62,951 bases of DNA from Spirogloea muscicola (lineage: Eukaryota). Under the pieces are notes generated by a model, which saw nothing but the letters and a program-made list of their open reading frames with translations, was not told the origin of the DNA and made no database searches. Every line of letters starts with the position of its first letter. Within the stretch, counting starts at the first letter, position 1. Shown in pieces: positions 53,197-62,951 of the stretch. The stretch is taken from positions 771,972-834,922 of the forward strand of contig WELB01000028.1 in assembly GCA_009602725.1 (NCBI GenBank). The letters are read 5' to 3'. The translations under genes and the position numbers were made by a program.

Positions 53197-54851
53197 TCAG
53201 CCTGTCGAGATTCCCTGATCCAGGAGACTTTCAACATCTGATATGAACGAGTCACCTTTCATCGAGAGCTTCAAGAGCTTCCTGCCATGTGTCATCAAGT
53301 GATATGATGGTGAAACAGGTGCAGTACTGCTCACAATATGGCAATCAGGACAATTAAGAAGGTAGCAGTGGCAAGTGGACATGGATTCTACAGAACCTCA
53401 CGCTTTTTTGATATGGAGCCAGCCTTCACTGGTACTAGCATGAGTGATCACTAAGTCAAGTGCCTCCATGATATTGGTTGACAGCTGCAGAGAGTGCCCA
53501 TCATATTCTTAGAGCAAAGTCAGGCATACTATGGAAATTATCATTGGGCCACAACATCCTGCTCATGCTATTCATCTACTGCAAGAACCGATGATTGCTC
53601 AAGCTCAGCATGGTTCATTAGCAGCAACAAAAGCTTTCATAGTCTGACGTCATTCAAGCTCGGCATAATAGACATATCAATTCTAATAAATGACATGATC
53701 AAGGATTGACCTGATCAAGGAGAGCCGAAAGCCGTGCCAGGAGAGCAAACGTTACAAGGGCAAAGGCCATGAAAAATGACTGCGCTAACAATGAAGCAAT
53801 GTGCCTGGAACCTTGAGTCAAAGACAGCACGGCATGTGATGCTGCATGCAAAAGTAATGGTGCAGCTGTATGAGGTGCAAGTTATTGATGAAAGAGCCAC
53901 CTAGACCTAGATGTCTGACAGCTTGCCTGCATCAACTCCAAATGAGTTCAAAGGATACAGAGCGGCTGCTTTGATTGCAGAATCTATCTGTGAACCAGAA
54001 GAAATGGCAATAAGCAAAAATGGCAATTAGAGTCCTGTCTAATTTGCTCGTATGTAAGCAGCAAAACATGCAAGTTTGCAGTCAGAGGGGACCTGGAAAA
54101 GAACTTCAGCACCAACCTTCTGAACGAAGCAGGCAGCTCTCAGAAGCTTCTCTGCTGCACCTTGTGTCATCGCTGGCTCCAAGGGGGTTGCCAAATGCTG
54201 GTCACTGTTTGAAGGACTGCTCACATCTCAGGTCTGCTGCTGCAGCTGGTAGCCACACAAGAATTGCTTGCATCTTGCCACCAGCCATTGCCAGCAGATG
54301 AAAGGCACCGTGAAGAATTTCAGGAGCTGATGCAGTGCTCACATAGGAGGTTCCCTTGACGGTGACGAAAACGCCGTCTTCTGACGCTTCAGTGGGTGGC
54401 TAGCTGAGTCACGACCGATCACATCCAGCAGCACATCCGCCAACGCCGCCTCTTGGAGCAGATCCAGCTCCCTCTTCACCTGCACTGATCACGGATTGTC
54501 AGAAATTTGGCCGATGTTTGAGGGACGCACACTGCTGCAGCAATCTGACAGTCCTGCAGGAAGTCATTTCACGACAGAGCTTGGGGCGACTGAATAACTC
54601 AGAGCGACAGCAGCTGGAGCCGACACTTAAGGCTATACGAGAGGGGCGAGACGAGAGCACACGGCCCGACGGTGGTCGCCGCGACGGCAGGCCGCGCTGA
54701 CCTGCGTGAGGCGGCGGAAGTAGAGCGTGCGGCGGTGCTGGCTGCGGCTCTTGTACACGACGCGCGCCAGCAGCGCGGCCTCGCGCCAGAGCTCGGGCGC
54801 GCGCAGGCCCTCCGCAGCGGCCGCCAGGCGTTCCGCCGCCGCGGCCGCCAT
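53197..54851 (-). CDS. NEPRO/Rmp1-like protein (DUF4477, RNase MRP-associated N-terminal domain)
   Basis: EAALLARVVYKSRSQHRRTLYFRRLTQ|VKRELDLL and LHIASLLAQSFFMAFALVTFALLARL match the DUF4477 pattern. Exon phases are consistent through a stop at 53197, but further 3' exons toward ~52400 cannot be excluded. Confidence 0.75.
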
Positions 54852-55223
54852 GCTGTCCGCCGACGCAGACGCCGCCGCCGCCGCGGCCGCCGCCGCCGGC
54901 GTCGCCGCAGTATGCTCGGCAGCCCGGACCTCACCGCCAGGCGCTGCGGCAGCGCACTAAGACCAGTGATCGAGTTGTGATCAGTGATCAAGTCGGCCTC
55001 CCAGCATCCAGCCTCTGGCTTGGAAATTAATAATTACTCGGGTTGCGAAAGAAGAGCGCCCTGTCTGCCTGGCTTGTGGCTCCGCTAATATATGTTTTCT
55101 TTTCCTTTATTCATCTTTATTTGTTTACAGCCGCTCTTCTTACATGTCGGCAGCCGCTTTCTTCCTCTGTCCAAGGTGCGAGGTCGGGCCGCCCGCACGT
55201 CGCGCCGGCCTCCGCGCCGCGCC

Positions 55224-58200
55224 ATGCGGCGCCTGCTGCTGGCTGGCCTCCCGCGGGCCGCCGTCGCCGCGCTGCTGCGCTTGCCGGCCGCATCGACCGC
55301 GTGCCGCCGCCAGCAACGAGCCTTCTCTCCGTCTTGCGAGTGCCGGATAGTCGGCCCGCGGCGACGGCGCGACGCCACGGACCCGGGACTGGCTCGGAGC
55401 CGCCATCCGCGCGCGCTCGGCACCGCCCTCGAGCCTCCGCCGCGCAGCGACGAGGCGCCCTGGTCGAAGCACGCAGCGAGGAGGAGCGGCGGAAGGGCCG
55501 ACGAGGCCGGCTCTGTGCGCCTGTCCGCTGCGACTCGACCCGTGGCGAAGCTCAGCGTGCAAAGCGCACGCTGTGCTGCGGCAGAAGCGCCTTCGCCGCC
55601 GGCGATGGAGGTGGCGGCCACGCAGGCCGCACCCCCAGTGGTCGCCGGTGCGAGAATTGCTGTGCAGGACAGCATCGTGCTCAGGCCCGAGGAGCAGGAG
55701 CTCTTTGCGGCGCTGCTCGGCACCGTCAAGCACTTTGGGCTCGCCACGCAGCTGCGCGTCGCTGGCGGATGGGTGCGCGACAAGGTACGTCTGCAGAGCC
55801 GCCGCTTTGATGATGGGCTGCATTGGTAGTCCACCAACGTCAGTGCCGCAGTCCATGCCACATTTCTCCCGCAGACGAAGCTTGGCAAGCGTCTTGTCGA
55901 GCTCGCTCATCTCATGCCCGTCTAGCCTGACAAGTATGCCGTCTGCACAGCTGCACTGTCGTGTCAATGCCTTGAGTATATGCCGGCTTCCGCTTCCGAC
56001 GCAGCCCCTCCTTGATCCACTCTCACTCCTTCAATGACCCCTCATCCCCTCTCTGTCTCCTTGTGTGACACTTATGAACGTCCTTTGCTTACACTCCCCT
56101 GAAGCCCCACCTAATCAGTTGTTAAGGCAATCCTATATGAGAACCGAGCTTGCACTGGATGGCAGCTATCCCATATGACTCTCTTATATCTGTGCCTGCA
56201 GCTGCTAGGTAAAGAGTCCAATGATATTGACATAGCCCTTGACGACACCCTGGGCCGGGACTTTGCTGAGAAGGTGAATCAGTATCTGCAACATCAAGGA
56301 GTGGAGACTCACAAGGTCGGAGTTGTGCGAAGGTGGGTCTCAGGCATCATACTTGGCTTACGCAGCTCGACGTATGCTCCACATCTGTCACATTATGTTG
56401 ATAGTGGCACGCTTACACTGCTGTTGCTGAATGAGCCAGAAGAGCTGAGCCCCTTACGGACTTGTGTGCATACATCTGCATTACACAGCAATCCTGATCA
56501 AAGCAAGCATCTCGAGACGGCAACAATGAGGGTTCACGGCGTTTGGATTGATCTTGTCAATCTACGGGCAGAAACATATGCAGATGACAGCCGGATTCCA
56601 AGCATGGTGCGTGATAAAGCTCAATTTTCTAAAGAACGGATTATGATTTTGGTTCAGCAACCGAGGCAGTCGTGGGACAAGTGATACATTATTAACTAAA
56701 TTTTCCCTGGCAACATTGGAAGTGATGTCTTGTGTTGAGGTACTTCGTTTCAGTGAGTAGGCAAGGTGTTCGACAACCACTCATCAACTTCCGGTGCACC
56801 AGGAGTTTGGGTCTCCACTTGATGACGCTCTTCGACGGGACCTGACTATTAACAGGTCAGCTTTGCTGTTAATTACCCGCATGCATTATTGGTTTACTTA
56901 GATTCTCTGTTGGACCTATACCTGCCTTTTTCAAATCAGGACACGTCTGGGATGGATGATGACTACATCCATCACACCTGAAGCAACCATACTTTTGTAA
57001 ATTTCCAGCTTTGTCAATGTGCTTTAGCTCTTGGAGCTGACTGCACTGTGATGAGTTGACTGTTGCAGTCTGTTTTACAACATCAACACAGGCAATGTCG
57101 AGGATCTGACTCAGAAAGGTAGGAGGAGCTGTGCTATTTTTTCTGCTAATAGGTATTTCCATGTTTGGCCTCTTCGTAGTTGGGGTGTTATGTGCAATCT
57201 AAATGGCACACTCCTATGGAGACAATGCAGCAGACTTGATTAATATGTCACGCTACGCTGAAGCAGATCAGATCACTGAGCCTATTCACTTTGATCCAGG
57301 CATCCAAGACCTCCAAGATGGTCGCATTCGGACGCCAATGCCTCCTCGTTCCACATTTCTTGATGATCCTCTTCGAGTGCTGCGTGCCATTCGCTTTGGT
57401 TAGTGTTTCTATGGTGCTTGGACTCAGTCAGCTAGCTAGTTGGCTGTCATGTATCGGTACCTCGAATGCATCTCAGTTCTCCTGCAATCAACCACTTTAT
57501 TTGTGCCTCAAATGCATCGCAGTTTTCCTTCAGCAAATTCCTTGACAGCCTCGTCCACCAAAGATTGTGAAATTGTGAAATATAAATTATTAAAACTAGG
57601 AGCATTGCTCCCGTGTGAGCACAATCTTGCTGAAAGTTGGGCAATTCATGCCTGCTCATGCAGGAGCAAGGTTTAGCTTTCAGTTGGATGAAGAGCTCAA
57701 GCAGGCTGCTCAATTGCCGGAAGTGCGAGAGGCTCTTGCTTTTAAGATAAGCAGGGAACGCATAGGGAAGGAGGTGCAGTAGCGCCACAGCTTTCTGCAA
57801 GCCACATACTGAAAATTTCCAAATGTTTTGCACTTTGGTCCCAGGCTTGTGTGACGTTGACCTTCAATATTGGATGTGCTACTATCCTCATATCGGCTTG
57901 TTATCTCTTCTTCTTCCTAGATTGATCTCATGCTTCGAGGCAGAAACCCTGCAGCGGCCATGTTTCACTTGGCAGACTTGGGCCTCTTTGAGTCTGTCTT
58001 TGCCATCCCTGGTGCACAATACTTCACCCCACAATATGGGAGGTGGGTTAGTTCCAAAGCCATACAAGCTAGATCATGGGTCAAATGCTCTGATGACAAA
58101 GCCGCCAAGGTGACAGTTTGAATTCAGATTGTCTGAAAATGGGCATGCACTCATGCCATCAAGCATGTCTTTTGTATGCAACTTGCAGGCAGTGTTCTGT

Positions 58201-60209
58201 GATGTTATCGGAAGTTGCGCATGTGCTTGAGATATGGCCCCCTTCCTCGAGCTTGGAGGCAAGATCCGGCTCTGTTGCTTGGGGACATGCCTGTGTACTA
58301 CCTCCAGAAGTCTGTCAGATAAATCCAGATCTTTGTGCATGTAGCTGATCTGCCGATTCTGCAACTGCATCATTAGAAGCTGAATTGCTTGATTCCTCTC
58401 CTCCTGGCATACCTATTGCAGCTAGAGCCTCCGCAATCTTACGAAGCCTTGTGGGGTGGTCAAGTTGCAGCCCGATGAGCGGATGCAGTGCTTACTTGCA
58501 GGTCTCTTTCTGCCACTACGGCATATTCAAACAGCAGATAAGAAAGGAAAGATGGTATGGGGCCTCTCTTTCTTTGCCTAAGAATGCTAGGAGGTGGAGA
58601 CAAAGATGGCTGCTTGTGCTGTGCTGGGTTCTCAATTGCCATAGACAATGGCAGTGAGGGTGTGGCCTTTCGATTGGTCATGCAGCTCATCAGCTCTTTG
58701 TGATTCATGACCTCAACAGCTACTTCAGTGCTTGCACGTACTGAAGCCTGCTTTTCCTAATACTTATCTGGAGAATGCTGCCAGATTCCGGTATCAGTCA
58801 CAAGCATTCGGGAAGCTTTGAAAGCTAAGACCAAGGATGCTGATGTGGTACGTGTTTGTCTTGGGACTTCTGAGCACATCCTGCTGGGATGAGGACTACC
58901 TTCTTGTGTATTTTCTAGACTGTCCTGCATGTAACTATAGCATTGCACTTGATTTCGTGAATAAAAGCTTGACAAAAAATGTGACAATAACTTCCCTACT
59001 CGCAAGTGAAGTGCACAATAGAGAGATAAACCATATGGTCAAAAACATCACATACACCATCTCCTGATCCTGTTGCCCAGTTGTTAATATGATTCAAAGA
59101 TGAGCCATTGCTTTCTCTCAAGTTCTTCAGTTGTGGCTGTGACGCTACCAGGTGTCAGCGCTGCATTCTGGAGCTGAAGAGTTTCTGTCTGTGTCGCAAC
59201 TTCTACTTCTACCTCCACAAGAATCGCTTCCTGAAACAGCAACATGCTCAACCAGTGCCACGCAACATGAGGCCAGCCAACGGATTGCTGCAGGTAATTG
59301 CATAACCATTCAGATGCATGCTAGGCTGATAACAACACCTGCCTCGTTGTGCCTGGGAAAAGGGTCAATGAGTCTAACAACACATGTTTGGCACGCTTCT
59401 TTCTCTATAAACAGGACTAGCTGTGAGGAAGCTTGGGAAGATATGGCGGAGCGCTTTGCTACTTTCTACTTTGCTCAATCATCCTGCGGCAGAAAAAGCT
59501 TCCGTGGACACCGGCAGCGAATATGAGAAGGCCACTCTGTGTGACCAAGTTGTCAGTGACTGTAGTGGTGGTCACTTGGCCAAGCGGGCGCGCACACATG
59601 AGTATGCAGACTTATGCCGGATGGTGGAGAAGAGGATCCAAGCCTTTGGTGTGACCCTCTACTACCAGTCAATGTGCTAGCTCTTGGTCACAGGACTAGT
59701 GATTGACAGCTTGAAGCTCATTGAAGTTGCTGAGAATACTTGTACTTACAGGGCCACTGCTTGAGATGATTTTTGCAGGTCTGGAGCGGGCGTGGGAGAT
59801 CAAACCTCTGTTGGATGGCACTGCCATCATCAGACTACTCGATTTGAAGCATGCTGGTCCAAAGGTCAAGATCTGGGTAAGCACAGCTGGACAGAAATTT
59901 GAGTGGCAAGAGGAAGGACAGACCAATTGACACTTGCTCTCAATATGTCCTTGCTCTCTCTTAGCTCAGCTTAGCCAGGCATGCAATGCACTTGTTCCTT
60001 CTGTGAGCAGCTAATGTGCAATCTTCTTTCTGTTATGGAAGTTGTGGTGGTGACGTTGGGCCCACGTTGCCTGTCATTGTCATGGGCAGACCCAGAAGCA
60101 GATGGAGTGGCAGCTCTCACACTTGGATGGGAGCCCAGAAGACTGTCAAAGGTGGTTGCTTGATGAGTATGCCAGAGGAGCAGCTGTGCGGCCTCTGCGG
60201 AAGAGGTGA
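55224..60209 (+). CDS. CCA1: CCA-adding tRNA nucleotidyltransferase (class II) with N-terminal targeting extension
   Basis: Contains LRVAGGWVRDK|LLGKESNDIDIALD, NPDQSKHLETA, IDLVNLRAETYADDSRIP, DALRRDLTIN|SLFYNI, TFLDDPLRVLRAIRF, KISRERIGKE and KPLLDG. The last exon reads TQKQMEWQL...PLRKR*. Confidence 0.95.
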
Positions 60210-61766
60210 TAGCAGAGGACTTCAGCAATGGAACACCTGACACTTTTCTTCAGCTGATGGTCTTTGGTCTCACAGGCTAATTGTGAGAATGTGCACTATG
60301 GTGAGTTCTCGTCTTGCCCATCTGAATCCGGAGCTCATAGAGAGCTTGAATTTGCTTTGTGCTTTGTGATGCATACTCTTAACAATGCCGGCAAAGGTTG
60401 AGCACAGTTGTTTCCTCCCCCTGACTTTTCTCACCCTGACTTGATCTTTAAATATCACAGTGAGATGGCCTATGCCACAAAAAATTGAGCGCTACTTGAA
60501 ATGTGCAGCTTTTCTTCAAAGATGTCAGCGGAACTGGAGAGGTCTGCACATGTTGAGAATGCCCAATACTCATGATCTTCACTGCTACCTGTACCTTGAG
60601 ACAGTTGTGAAACAAGCAATTATGCGAATGGTTCCGGCCACGGCCGCCGCGTCATAGGCTGACTTGGAAATCTATGGCGACTGAAGTGTGTGCCGCATTG
60701 AAGCGCCAGTGCGGGTGGGCAACCTGCAAACCAATATGATCACTCAATGGCTTGCCTTCATGAATTTCACATAGCCTGGGGCCTGTTTCTCGAACCAGTC
60801 GAAGTTATGAACAAATTTCAGAGCACACAAACAAGGCGCATGCGGGGGCTCTGGGCAAGGTTGCCTAATGTACAGAATCGGTTCTGCTGCAGTCAGAAAA
60901 GGCAAGGCCTGTGAGCTTTGGATTCCAAACTGCCCGCGATCTCGCTTATTGCGACCAATGGAATCCCCAGAAAGCATTGTGCGTGTGGCTCAACATGCAG
61001 TGCGCACTGGACATCCAAGGGTTTTGAGCAAGGTTTGACCAGAGTGCAGACCAGAAGTAATGGATGTGCAAAGAGAAACTCCTCCCAGTGCAAAGCCAAC
61101 GGCTTCGAGGTCATATGTGGAGCCGATGTAGGCATGCAGTGCTCAAGCAAATGCATTCCCAACACTTGCGATTTTGCAATCAAGTAGGAAACAGCTGCTG
61201 AAGAAAGCCAACCTCAGATGCAACTCAGATGAAGGCGAGGCCACAGATAGTGAGGTCGAGGTTCAGGTTATCTTTATTTGCACTATATTGTGAGGCATCA
61301 AGTATACTGTGCGTTCCTGGCAACCGCAATGACCTTGCACGGCAACCACAGTCACTGTCACACGTACTAACAATTATGCCCACAGGCATTGGAATATCAC
61401 TAAGAGCACAGCCAATCACAGATCGCTGTACGAGCTACGCATCTTGCACTGATCCTTCGTGTGCAACGTCAAGGCCTGGTAATTAACACGGCAGCGCCGT
61501 GTGATGAGTTGCCATAAGCCCTACATGCAGACCCCGAGAGAGATCTCTAGCCTCATGTCTCGAGCTGCTCACGACAGAGGCCACCAGCTCGGATAGCTGT
61601 GCTTGCTTGAGAGGCATTGCGGGTGGGCCCGGCCTCAGGTGGTGCTGATCACCACGTTCGTTGTGGCGCTGCTCGTCACGGCTTGCACCATCGTCGGTGT
61701 CAGAGCCGGCCCTGAAGGGACTCTGAACAACGACCACTCCATGTGCCAACTGGCGGCCAGCTCCGC

Positions 61767-62951
<1,185 letters not shown>

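Noticed and set aside
60210..61766. Small ORFs between the CCA and RRM genes, and the many antisense ORFs in GC-rich first exons
   Set aside because: They have no recognisable motifs or coherent splice structure, and are expected by chance in UTRs and stop-poor GC-rich DNA.

Overview
This is intron-rich, GC-rich eukaryotic nuclear DNA with plant-type genes. It most resembles a streptophyte green alga (inference), from a draft assembly with N gaps and poly-A runs at contig ends. Twelve spliced genes were reconstructed by eye: a Pro-rich/fascin/GH5 exo-beta-1,3-glucanase, a TauE/SafE exporter, NF-YC, an EDRF1 homologue, an acid-lipase-fold protein lacking its catalytic Ser, a CLC-d-type anion/H+ exchanger, a MATE transporter, UDP-glucose 4-epimerase, acetyl-CoA synthetase, a NEPRO/Rmp1-like (DUF4477) protein, CCA-adding tRNA nucleotidyltransferase and an organellar glycine-rich RRM protein. 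The most unusual content lies between the genes. Five clusters hold mostly very short 3' fragments of a non-LTR retrotransposon with a restriction-like endonuclease (RLE; CRE-like). About 11 copies encode the C-terminal peptide SDLxLLTRxY*, and about 20 carry a 3'-terminal GGGCTG...CAGCCC hairpin that may form a pseudoknot, with one compensatory change between subfamilies. The copies end in (TTC)-type tails, often stack head-to-tail, and were seen only upstream of gene 5' ends. Exon boundaries are manual and approximate, and no database searches were run.
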